From positions 1-26,166 of IMG/VR virus record IMGVR_UViG_3300005325_000020: a stretch of DNA of 26,166 nucleotides. One strand, written 5' to 3'. The notes beneath the pieces were generated by a model. That model made no database searches. It had not been told where the DNA came from and was given only the letters and a program-made list of their open reading frames with translations. The position numbers were made by a program, and so were the translations under genes. Source of the DNA: a virus. Lineage: Duplodnaviria; Caudoviricetes. Numbering within the stretch: position 1 is the first letter of the stretch; each line of letters begins with the position of its first letter. Positions 14,307 through 24,200 of this stretch are shown here, in pieces.

Positions 14307-14332
14307 ATGGGGCACGGTTCGCCGTGCCCCAT
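14307..14332. repeat. Perfect 11-bp inverted repeat with a TTCG loop
   Basis: ATGGGGCACGG-TTCG-CCGTGCCCCAT. Confidence 0.8.
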
Positions 14333-14350
14333 CATCCACGCCGGAGCCCT

Positions 14351-14665
14351 ATGAAACTCTCGAAAATCATCACCATCGACGGGCGCGACATCACCGTGAA
14401 AGAGCTGACCGTCGAGGAAATCTGCAATTGCATGGACGCCGTGACCACGGGTCAACAGGTGGACACGCTGGACGTGGTCATGGATGGTGCCCTGCCGGCC
14501 GAAGCCGTGGTTCGCGCCTGCGGGATCGACCGCGCCGCGCTGAGCGCGCTTACCCCGTCGGCCCTGTTGCCGATCTGGGAGGCGGCCGCCGAGGTGAACC
14601 CTTTTTTCGCGCGGATGGTGGCCAAGCCGGAAGCGCCAGCCGCGAACCCTTCCGGCAATCGGTAG
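14351..14665 (+). CDS. Tail assembly chaperone (gpG-like)
   Basis: RBS GGAG; ITVKELTVEEI...EVNPFF; lies between tube and tape measure. Confidence 0.8.
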   Translation: MKLSKIITIDGRDITVKELTVEEICNCMDAVTTGQQVDTLDVVMDGALPAEAVVRACGIDRAALSALTPSALLPIWEAAAEVNPFFARMVAKPEAPAANPSGNR

Positions 14666-14769
14666 AGCGAGCCTGTGAATTCTTGATCGCGAACGGGCAC
14701 CAGCGGCCCTGGGAGTATGGCGGAAACTTTTTTCTGAGGTGCGTCAAGAGCCATGGCAGCGGAAAATAA
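14599..14769 (+). CDS. -1 frameshift extension of the tail chaperone (gpGT-like)
   Basis: Slippery heptamer C CCT TTT at 14599-14605; the -1 frame stays open to 14769 and encodes LIANGHQRPWEYG. Confidence 0.7.
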   Translation, partial: PFFRADGGQAGSASREPFRQSVERACEFLIANGHQRPWEYGGNFFLRCVKSHGSGK

Positions 14770-17644
14770 AATCGATCTGTTGATCGCCGCGCACACGAAA
14801 GAGGCCGAAGCCGGACTGGCTCGGGTGCGCGACCGTTTCCAGGCGATTATCCCCACCACCGAAAAAGCCGCCGCCAATTTCCGCGCCGCTTCCAATGCGC
14901 TGGACGTCAAGCCCATGCGCCTGGTCTCGCAAGAGATCAACGCGCTACGTGAGCACTACCAGCGCCTCTCCGCGTCCGGCCTGCTCTCCCAACGCGAATT
15001 GGCCCAAGCCGCCGACAATCTGCGGATCAAGACCGCGCAACTGCGGGGGCAGTACACCGCCACCAACGCCGCCATGCGCGAAGGGTCCACCATCGCCGGA
15101 AACTGGGCCACGCGCATCAAGCAGGTCGCCGCCGCTTATGTCGGCTATCAGACCGTCACCACCGTCATCAGGAGCATCGTCGAAGCCACGAAAGAGGCCG
15201 AGCAGGGCCAATTCAACCTGCAAGCATCGGTCATGGCCGCGTCTCGCGAGTTCGGCAACACCGGCACCCTGGATTTTTGGCAGGGGAAAGTAAAGGAGAT
15301 GTCGGCCGCGCTCAAGGTGTACAGCGAAGCCGACGTGGCCAACGCCATCAGCCGCACGGTCGATATGACCAAGCGCTTGGGGATGTCCAGCGCGCAGATG
15401 GAAGAACTCATCAAGCGCAGCGCCGACTTGTCGGCAGGCAAGACCGATCTGCAAGGCGGGATCGAGCGCGTGACGGCGGCACTGCGGGGCGAAGCGGAGT
15501 CCGCCGAGTTCCTCGGGCTGACGCTAAACGAAACTTACGTCAAGTCCTGGCATGAAGCGCACAACGCGCACGGGGTCGCCTGGAAGGATCTGACCGACCT
15601 CGAAAAAGCCCAGGTCCGCTTCAACGTGTTTCTCGAACAGTCCGCCGAGATGCAGGGCCGCGCCGCCGCCAGCGCCGGAACCTTTTCCGGCGCCCTGGCC
15701 ATGGTCAAGACCGAAGTTTCCAACGCCATCGCCAATAACAAGAACCTCGCCGCCAGCCTCTCCGGCGTCGCCAAGATCATCCGCGAAAACGCCGACGCCA
15801 TCGGCGACATGGCCTCGGCCATCGCCGACGCCATCGGCGAGACGATCAAATTCGTGGTCGAAAACAAGAATTTGCTGGCCACCCTCCTCGGTGGCGGAGG
15901 GATCGCCTACGCCGTCGCCACGACGGCGCGCGGGCTGGGAGCGCTGAGCGAAACCGTCGCGACGATCCGCAATGCGAAGATGGCCGCGACCTTCACCGAA
16001 GCCGCCGGCGGGCTGACCACCATGGCCGGAGCCTCCGCCGGCGCCAAGGCCGGACTGGTCGGATTGCTCGCCGCCGTTTCCGCGTTCACCGGCGGGAAAA
16101 TCGTCGAACTCGGCCAAACCATCTACGATTGGCGGGTTGCAGCCGCCGAAGCCGAATCCGCCATGCGCCGGCTGTCGGACACCACGGCCGAAACCATGGG
16201 GCGGTTTTCATCCGCCGCCGATTACCGGTTACCTGGGGTCGACGGCGCCACCATCGCCGATCTCGAAGCCTATCGGGGAGAGCTGGCGAAAACCTCGGCC
16301 TACTGGACCGCCATGCACGCCGATCTCTCCAGCCGCGCCGAAGCCACCGACTGGCTCGGAAATCTCACCGACGACGCGCGCGCCGCCGCCGCCGAACTGC
16401 CGGCCGTCACCGCCAGGCTGCAAGAAGTCAAGGGCGAGCTGGGCCAGGTGCGGACGGCGCTGGCCGAGTCCGAGCAATCGTCCATGAGCATGTCCCAGAC
16501 CCTGGAGATGGTCGCCACGGCCTCGCAAAGAGCCGCCGATAAACAATCGCTGTTGATCGACGCGCGCGCCCGCCAGGTCGATGCCGAAACCGCGTTGCGC
16601 GCCGAAATCGACGCCACCGCCGAAGCCTATTTCCGCGCCGCCACCGCCGCCGAACAGGCCAACGCCGGGACGCAAGAGCACCAGGACGCTCTGGACAAAA
16701 AGTTGGATGCCGAAAAGAAATACGTCGCCGCCGTCAATGCCCTGCGCGATTCCCAATGGGACGACAGCACCCAGAAATATCGGGATGAGGAATACGCCCT
16801 CAAGCAGAGCCTCGAAATCAAACTGTTCGAGTTGGAAAACTCCCTCGAAAGCACCTGGCTGACGGAAAAAGAATACGCCAAGCAAAAAGCCGATCTCGAA
16901 GAAACCTTTCAGAAGCGCGTCCTTGAGCTGCGCGCCGAAGCCGTCGCCAAAAGCAAGGAACTCTACGGCGAGGATAGCCGCGAGTACGCCGAGGCCACCG
17001 CCGACAAGATCGACGCCGAACTTGAATTAAAAAAAGCCGCCCGCGAAACCCGCAAAAAGTGGGACGACCTCATGGCCGTCGAAAAGTCCGGCGCGAAGTC
17101 GGCCGAGTCCATGGCCGATACCCTGCGCGAAGTCGGCCGGGCCGGACAGGAAGGCGGGGAGCAAGCCGCGTCGGCCATGGGCGAACTCGGGGAAATGACG
17201 GAAGAAGCCACCGAGCAACAGAAGAAGCTCACCGAAGAACAGAAAAAGCAGGCCCGCTCCAAGTATTTCGGCGAGCAATACAGCGGAATCCAAAACCAGA
17301 TCGCCAGCTTCAAAACCCTCGAAGAAGCCACGGATTGGGCCGGCCAGATCGTCACCGCGAAAAACGGCCGCGCTTACACCAACAAAGACCTGATGACCAT
17401 GGGCGGAGCCGGAATCGCCGGACAGTCGGCGTTTACCAGGTCGGCGAACAAATACGCCGAACAGCTCTACATCAAAAAGCTCAACGAGTTATCAAAGACG
17501 ACACCTCAACCGGGCTTCGCGACACAGAAAACCATGACCGTCAATCTCAAATCCGGGGGCCAGACTGTCGCCGCGACATTACCCGAAGCCGACGCGGGGC
17601 GCCTGCTTGAGGTGCTGCGCCAGGCCGGGATGGTGACCGCATGA
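14753..17644 (+). CDS. Tape measure protein (963 aa)
   Basis: Long Ala-rich helical protein after the chaperone. Confidence 0.9.
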   Translation: MAAENKIDLLIAAHTKEAEAGLARVRDRFQAIIPTTEKAAANFRAASNALDVKPMRLVSQEINALREHYQRLSASGLLSQRELAQAADNLRIKTAQLRGQYTATNAAMREGSTIAGNWATRIKQVAAAYVGYQTVTTVIRSIVEATKEAEQGQFNLQASVMAASREFGNTGTLDFWQGKVKEMSAALKVYSEADVANAISRTVDMTKRLGMSSAQMEELIKRSADLSAGKTDLQGGIERVTAALRGEAESAEFLGLTLNETYVKSWHEAHNAHGVAWKDLTDLEKAQVRFNVFLEQSAEMQGRAAASAGTFSGALAMVKTEVSNAIANNKNLAASLSGVAKIIRENADAIGDMASAIADAIGETIKFVVENKNLLATLLGGGGIAYAVATTARGLGALSETVATIRNAKMAATFTEAAGGLTTMAGASAGAKAGLVGLLAAVSAFTGGKIVELGQTIYDWRVAAAEAESAMRRLSDTTAETMGRFSSAADYRLPGVDGATIADLEAYRGELAKTSAYWTAMHADLSSRAEATDWLGNLTDDARAAAAELPAVTARLQEVKGELGQVRTALAESEQSSMSMSQTLEMVATASQRAADKQSLLIDARARQVDAETALRAEIDATAEAYFRAATAAEQANAGTQEHQDALDKKLDAEKKYVAAVNALRDSQWDDSTQKYRDEEYALKQSLEIKLFELENSLESTWLTEKEYAKQKADLEETFQKRVLELRAEAVAKSKELYGEDSREYAEATADKIDAELELKKAARETRKKWDDLMAVEKSGAKSAESMADTLREVGRAGQEGGEQAASAMGELGEMTEEATEQQKKLTEEQKKQARSKYFGEQYSGIQNQIASFKTLEEATDWAGQIVTAKNGRAYTNKDLMTMGGAGIAGQSAFTRSANKYAEQLYIKKLNELSKTTPQPGFATQKTMTVNLKSGGQTVAATLPEADAGRLLEVLRQAGMVTA

Positions 17645-18015
17645 TTACCCTCGGCGCGATTGATCTGCCGGCGGACCTGCTGTGGATCGACGAGTATAAA
17701 TGGTCGAGCGTCGCCCAGCAGATCGACATCATGGCCGACGGCGCCGTGGTCGTGCAAGCCGACGCCCAACAGACCGGCCGCCCGATCACCCTCGCCGGTG
17801 GCGACAACTTCGGCTGGATCACGAAAAGCACCCTCGAACTTCTCCGCGCCGCCGCCAACGCGCCGGGCACCGAATACACCCTGACCCTCAACGACGACAG
17901 CGAGCGCAACGTGGTGTTCACCGACAATCGCTTGGAAGCCGAACAGATCTACGAGCATAGCCACCCCGAAGACGGGCACCCGTATAAGGTGACGATTTAC
18001 TTGATGGAGCTTTGA
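17641..18015 (+). CDS. Distal tail (Dit-like) protein
   Basis: LPADLLWIDEYKWSSVAQ...GRPITL, immediately after the tape measure. Confidence 0.65.
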   Translation: MITLGAIDLPADLLWIDEYKWSSVAQQIDIMADGAVVVQADAQQTGRPITLAGGDNFGWITKSTLELLRAAANAPGTEYTLTLNDDSERNVVFTDNRLEAEQIYEHSHPEDGHPYKVTIYLMEL

Positions 18016-18017
18016 CC

Positions 18018-18473
18018 ATGACCCTCAACGCCAACCTGCAACCGCTCCTCGCCGAACTGACCGCCGACCCGGAAGAGCGCGGGTATTCGGCCATGACACC
18101 CGAGCAAGTCGCCGCCGACCTCATTGATCCGCGCTACGTGACGCTTTCGGAGAGGATGATTTCAGAGCGAACCCTGTTTGCCGTTCTCGGCGCAGAACGA
18201 GCCACGGCGGTCCTTGACGCGCTGGAGGCCATGCCCGACCGGGTGATGCAGCGCATTTGCCGGATGCTCACCGACGTTTCGGCGGGCGGAGTGGATATTG
18301 CTCTGCGGGAGGCGCGGGGAATGATCGACCAGTTTGCCGCCTCGGGTCTGCTGACCGGCGATGAAGCCGCAGCGATCAAAGCCCTGGCCGAAACGCGCCA
18401 AAGTCGGGCGCAGCAGCTCGGCTACAGCGAGATTACCGCCGCGATGGTCGAGCGGTGCCGGGAGGTGATGTGA
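18018..18473 (+). CDS. Hypothetical virion-region protein
   Basis: ORF in the operon with a GGAG RBS. Confidence 0.75.
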   Translation: MTLNANLQPLLAELTADPEERGYSAMTPEQVAADLIDPRYVTLSERMISERTLFAVLGAERATAVLDALEAMPDRVMQRICRMLTDVSAGGVDIALREARGMIDQFAASGLLTGDEAAAIKALAETRQSRAQQLGYSEITAAMVERCREVM

Positions 18474-18859
18474 TGGGAGGGTTTACACAGGCCAATTATT
18501 CCGACCTTGGAACGCAGAACCAGACCATTGTAGCCAGTGGGAATTACGTTTTCGGCCCGGTTTCGAATGCCGCCAAAACTAGCACCACTGTTGCCGTTGA
18601 TGTTACTTACAACGCTAGTGCAACCAAGGGCGTAAATATTCTGATTGAGCGTAAATCGGCTAATACCCCGGCCTATGAATCGCAGGCATCGGCATGGACT
18701 ATACCGGTTCCATTTACCGCCAACACGACCGTTACAAAGACTGTAACTATTGACGCCAATCTGATTGGAGAATTCCAAGTTCGCGTTGTCAACACCGATA
18801 CGGCTTATTCGGCAACCGCCGTTAACTGTCGCATCGCTCAGAGCACTTACTCGGCATGA
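18473..18859 (+). CDS. Hypothetical beta-rich virion protein
   Basis: TGATG-coupled; RBS GGAGG; Thr/Val/Asn-rich; lower GC. Confidence 0.75.
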   Translation: MGGFTQANYSDLGTQNQTIVASGNYVFGPVSNAAKTSTTVAVDVTYNASATKGVNILIERKSANTPAYESQASAWTIPVPFTANTTVTKTVTIDANLIGEFQVRVVNTDTAYSATAVNCRIAQSTYSA

Positions 18860-20403
18860 TATTTCGTCCCGACATAAAGCCCCCAATGTTGGGGCCACCA
18901 GAGGTGGTTCAGTACGCGGTGCGGGCCAATGCTGAACGGATGGACGTAGGCGACGTAAAGGGCCTTTTTCCGTTTTGGGAGCGTGCTGGGAATATTGCAT
19001 CGAATGTCGCAACCGGAGTGCCTCACACTTGGTCGTATGGGTGGACAAACGATGGCATTGATTGTGTGACGACGGGAAATAATTTTCTTCTGTCTGTGTC
19101 TGACACAAACATCATAAATCTACCGTTATCGAATTTTTCATGCTTTGTTTGGTGTACTCCAAATTTTTATGCCACTGATCGCTCCGTCCTTAGTTGGGGA
19201 GGTACAGACGATTTAATTATATACCCTTCTGACACTGGCGTTAGCGGCCAGCGGGTATTTTGGAGAGACTGCGGTAGCAACGTAGTATCGTATTCGGGCG
19301 GATCAAAGAACGGTGTTCCGACTTTTCTTGGATTCACATCGAAAAGCGGGCAACAAAAATTTTTTATTGATGGTGTGCTTCGGTCAACAAACACTGTAAG
19401 TACATCTACGTCCGGTCCTTTTTCTAGTTTCACCCTTGGTGGGTGGGCTGATTCAGTGCAGCCGTTCGGTGGGATAATTTCTCAATGTTTGCTAGTTGCG
19501 AGCGAAGTTGCTGAAAATGTTGTATCCCAGCTTGCCGCCACCCCCTACGCCCTGCTCATGCCGGTATCGCGCCCGGTGTATTCGTTTCCGGCGACTGGGG
19601 GCGGAACCCTAACCACCGACAGTGCCTGGAAAATCTACACCGCCGCCGAGATCGACACCGCCTGGAGCATCCGCGCCGCGTTGAGCCAGTCCGCAGCCTG
19701 GGCGGTTTTTACCCGCGCCGATGCCGAGAGCGCGTGGAGTATTCGCACATCTTCCGAGGCGGAAACGGCGTGGACGGTTCGCGCCGGGTTGGACACGCCG
19801 ACCGCGTGGCCCATTGCCACCGCCGCCGACACGCCGACGGAATGGCGGATCAAGGCCGGACTCGACGCGGAAACCGCGTGGCCGATCTTTACCTCCGTCG
19901 ATACCGCCACCGCCTGGGCCATCCTCGATTCCCTGGCCCTGGAAACGCCCACCGCCTGGAGTATCCGCAACGCCCTGGCCGCTGATGCCGCATGGAGCAT
20001 CCGCGCCGCCCTCGATACCGGCAGCGCCTGGGCGATCCTTACCCGGCTGGACCGGGAAACGGCCTGGCAGATCCTCGGCGCGGGCATCCTCGACACGCCG
20101 ACCGCCTGGGCCATCCGCGCGGATCTCGATCAGGCGACGGCGTGGACGATCAAGACCAGTCTCGACCAATCGACCGACTGGACCATCATCAACGGGATGG
20201 ACACCGCCACGGCATGGGACATCCTGCAAGGCTTCGCCACCGATACCGCGTGGCATGTGTTCCGCGACCTCGACACCGCCACCGCCTGGGCCATCATCAG
20301 CGATACGGTGCCCGAGCCGGTGCGGGTGTTCATGGCCGAGCGCCGCGACTTCATCATCAACGCCGAAAAACGCATTTTTATCCTCTTGGCAGAAAGGAAA
20401 TAG
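18856..20403 (+). CDS. Fibre/adhesin-like protein: LamG/ConA-like domain plus a 12-aa Trp repeat stalk
   Basis: FSCFVW...KFFIDGVL...FTLGG...FGGIIS, then 19 xDTxTAWxIxxx repeats. Confidence 0.75.
   Translation: MIFRPDIKPPMLGPPEVVQYAVRANAERMDVGDVKGLFPFWERAGNIASNVATGVPHTWSYGWTNDGIDCVTTGNNFLLSVSDTNIINLPLSNFSCFVWCTPNFYATDRSVLSWGGTDDLIIYPSDTGVSGQRVFWRDCGSNVVSYSGGSKNGVPTFLGFTSKSGQQKFFIDGVLRSTNTVSTSTSGPFSSFTLGGWADSVQPFGGIISQCLLVASEVAENVVSQLAATPYALLMPVSRPVYSFPATGGGTLTTDSAWKIYTAAEIDTAWSIRAALSQSAAWAVFTRADAESAWSIRTSSEAETAWTVRAGLDTPTAWPIATAADTPTEWRIKAGLDAETAWPIFTSVDTATAWAILDSLALETPTAWSIRNALAADAAWSIRAALDTGSAWAILTRLDRETAWQILGAGILDTPTAWAIRADLDQATAWTIKTSLDQSTDWTIINGMDTATAWDILQGFATDTAWHVFRDLDTATAWAIISDTVPEPVRVFMAERRDFIINAEKRIFILLAERK
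19609..20304 (+). repeat. 19 degenerate 36-bp coding repeats
   Basis: Trp recurs every 12 aa (twice 14 aa). Confidence 0.85.
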
Positions 20404-20406
20404 ACC

Positions 20407-20889
20407 ATGGCCGCAACCCTCGTTTGGCGCCTCACCGGCGGAGCATCGAACAGCGACCCCAACGCCAGCCTCGGCGGAGTCCGCAGCAGCAATGCCATCA
20501 GCGGAACCGCGATGAACAACCTGTTCGACAACGTTTCCGCCGCCGAAGCGAGCGCCGGGGACAACGAATACCGCGCGCTGGATCTCTACAACAGCGGCGA
20601 CGCGGCATCCTCTGGGACGGAACTGTACATGAGCACCCCGACCAGCAGCACCAGCACCGAGCTGCAATTCGGCCTCGAAGCCTCGCCCATTGACAGCACC
20701 ACCAGCATCGCCAACGAGTCGACGGCCCCGGCCGCCGTGAGTTTCTCCGCCTACACCACCGGCAGCCGGTTGAGCATCCCCGCCATCGCCGCCGGCAGTG
20801 GTTGCCGGGTGTGGATCAAGCGCGTGGTGTCGGCCAGCGCGCCGAACACGGCCAGCGATAGCGGCACGATCACGGTGGAGTACGCCTGA
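20407..20889 (+). CDS. Virion structural protein (hypothetical)
   Basis: RBS AAAGGA; SNSDPNASLGG...NNLFDNVS...EYRAL...VWIKR. Confidence 0.75.
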   Translation: MAATLVWRLTGGASNSDPNASLGGVRSSNAISGTAMNNLFDNVSAAEASAGDNEYRALDLYNSGDAASSGTELYMSTPTSSTSTELQFGLEASPIDSTTSIANESTAPAAVSFSAYTTGSRLSIPAIAAGSGCRVWIKRVVSASAPNTASDSGTITVEYA

Positions 20890-21212
20890 TGCGTCGGTTG
20901 GTAGGCGGGAAACAGCCCGCTGAAACGTTCTTTGTCGGCTTCGATTTTTCTCCGCTGCTCGCCAGTGGCGAAACGCTGACCGAAGTCGGCAGCACGGTCA
21001 GCGCGGTCGTTGCCGGTACCGCCACGGACGCAACCGCCACCATCATCGCCACTGGAAGCATGGCGGTTGCCGATGGGGCCGCATCCAACAGCGTCCTGCA
21101 AGCCCGTCTTTCCGGAGGGACCGACGGCGAGCGGTACAAGGTAAGCTTTCGCGCCGCCACCAGCGCCGGGAATCTCTACGAGCAGGATTTGCTTGTGCAT
21201 GTGAGGGGATAA
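20889..21212 (+). CDS. Putative fibre-tail adaptor protein
   Basis: KQPAETFFVGFDFS...LSGGTDGERYKV...TSAG pattern; TGATG-coupled. Confidence 0.65.
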   Translation: MRRLVGGKQPAETFFVGFDFSPLLASGETLTEVGSTVSAVVAGTATDATATIIATGSMAVADGAASNSVLQARLSGGTDGERYKVSFRAATSAGNLYEQDLLVHVRG

Positions 21213-21215
21213 ACC

Positions 21216-24200
21216 ATGTCCATCGCCAAAACCGACATCAAACTCATGGCCTCCGAACGCCTCACCGATTATTACGACGGGGGCGGGCAGATGACCGGGA
21301 CCGAGATCGTCGACGGGGTTGTCAACAACCTCTTCCCCGACATCTCGCCGCTGGATCGCGTTTATGGCCGGGTTTCCATCCTCAAGGCATTTCTGGCCGT
21401 CATGACCGCGAACACCGATATGTATTACGGTGCCCACGCCATCGTCACCGAACCTCCAGAGGACGATAACGTCCATGTGACGCTTTTTTCGACCAACGAC
21501 TTTTACGACGAACGCGACGACGCCAAGGACCGCATCGAAAGTTACGTCAGCATCGCCCAAGAGTTGGTGTGGCGTCCGCTGAACGATCAACTCGAAGGGC
21601 AACGGGCGATCACCGCCTTTGCCCGGCCAGGTACGGTCTCTCCGGAAATCGGCGAGACCGTCGTGCTGAAAAACGCCGTCAACGGCGAGATGCAATATGT
21701 ACGGATCACCGAACTGACCAGCACCCGTGAGACGTTCACCCATTCGTCCTACGGAAATTTCGAGGTCGACCTGTTGACCATCGGGCTGTCGGCCGCGCTG
21801 CAATACACGTTCCCCGGCATCGAAGCGACGCCCTACACCACCAAGGCCAACACCCGCATTCACGCCACGGTGGTCGCCGATGCCTCCAGCTATTTCGGCG
21901 TCAAGAAGCTGGCGCAACCGGTCAGCGCCGGGGCCATGAGCTTCTGGGTCGACTCGATTTACAACCAGCTCGTGCCGACTTCCCAGGTGGAAACCGCGCT
22001 GGTCGACCAGCTCATGGGTGGGGATAACGTCTCGCTGATCGCCAAGGGTCCGGTCGGGTCGCTGACATTTACCGGCACCCGGAGCAATACCGCGAACGCG
22101 ATCCATCTCCCCGAGGGATTCCGCCCCGGATCGCTGGCGATTGACATCATCGGCTACGATTTCCGCGACGTGCGGGGCAACCTCGTCGCCGTCGATGGCG
22201 ACGGCGGCTTTACCGGATATGTCGATTACGCCTCGGGGCAGATCACCATCGAGCGCGCCACCGCCTGGAGCGGAACCGTCAGCCTCACCGCGACCCCGGC
22301 CTGTGCCGTGGCCACGGCGTTCGTTTCCCGCGAAATCGCCATCGAGCTGGCGAATCGCGCCTACAACTACACGCCGAACCTGTCCGGCCCCCTGCCGGCC
22401 CCCGGATCGATCATCGTCAGCTACATGGCCCAGGGCAAATGGTATGAGCTGTACGATAATGGCCAGGGGGTTTTCGTCGGCAACGAATCCGGCATCGGCA
22501 CCGGCACCGTCGATTATGCCAGCGGATCGGCCATTATCACCCTCGGCGCCCTGCCGGACGTAGGAACCAGCATCATTATCCAGTGGGGCCATGCCCTCGA
22601 AATAAGCGACCGGCGCGGGACCACCTACGCCGAGCCGATGATGATTGCCCACACCCTGCCCCATCAAGGGATCAAGCCAACCAGTGTGACGATTTCGTGG
22701 CTGGATGGAGCCACGCCGAAATCCGCGACCGATAATGGCAACGGCGCTTTCACCGGCGACGCGACCGGAACTATCGGCTATGGCTCGGGAGAAATCCTGT
22801 TCCGGCCTGCCGGCATCCCCGAAAGCGCCACCGAGTACAGCATCGCCTACCAGCAGCAGACGCCGACCACCAGCACCATCATGAGCGTCACCGCCACCGA
22901 TAACAATCTGATGTTCGTGATCCCCCACGCGCCGTTGCGGGCCGGGTCGGTGGCCGTGACATATTCTGTCAATCAGATCAAATCGGTCAAGGCCGACGGC
23001 ACCATCGTTAAGGTATCGCGCTCGAAAAAGTTCCACGACGACGGCCTCGGCAACATGAAAAACGGCGCCGGAACCACCGTCGGCACCATCAATTACAGCA
23101 GCGGCGAAATCAATGTCGTCGGGCTCGACGATTACAGTTATAAAATCTACGGCACCCCGGTCGCCGCCACCGGATGGAGCATGTCGACCTATGCGGTCCC
23201 GACCGTCACCACCGGCAACGCCGTGCAGGAAGCGCCGTCGCTGGTCCATGCCACCTATGCCCAGGACGGCGCCGCCACCTGGTTGCCGCAGACCGACAGC
23301 CTCGCCGCTCCGGCATTGACCATCGAGCTGACGCCGACCACGGTCGAAACCATCGTGCCCAACTCGGTGGTGTTCGCGATGGGCGGCCATGGCTGGTACG
23401 ACGACGGTGCCGGCAACCTCTACCGTGACCGCAGCAGCTCAACCGGCGTCGGCACCATCGCCGGAACCGTCAACTACACCACCGGTTTGGCCACGCTCAC
23501 CAGCTACCCGGCCCTATCCGCGACCGCCGTCACCTTGACCAGCCTGCTCACCCGCGATGGCGGATTTACCCCCGACGGCTATGTGTTTCGCACCCCTGGC
23601 GCCCCGGTGCGCGATGGCAGCCTAAGCCTTCGCGCCACGCAACCGGACGGCACCCTTATTACCGCCCAGGCCGGTAACGACGGCACCATTGACGACACCG
23701 GCGTCGCCGGGTCCATCGAAACCACCGTCGGCGTGACGCGCGTCCGGTTCGGCGAGATGGTGACCGCCGCCGGCAACGAAGCGGAGCCCTGGTATCGGGC
23801 CGAATGGGTCACGGAAGGCATGATCTGGAAGCCGGCTGGCGTCCTGCCGGAAACCGCCCTGTACAACTGTGTCATTTACACCTATCTGCCGCTCGATGCC
23901 TCGCTGCTGGGGATCGAACCGATCCGCCTGCCGCTGGATGGCCGGGTGCCGATTTTCAAGGCCGGCAATGTCGCCGTGATCCACCACACCGCCGACGAGC
24001 TGATGCCGTCGCCGCTCTCCAGCGGCCAGGTCGTCACCCTGGCGCGCGGATCCCTGGCCCTGTGCGAGCTGCGGGACCAGACCGGGGCGCTGGTCAACGA
24101 GGCCCTGTACACCGTCAACCTCACCGCCGGCACCGTGACCATGGCCAACCCGTTGGACCTGACCGGTTACACCCAGCCGCTGGTCGCCGCCCATCGCATC

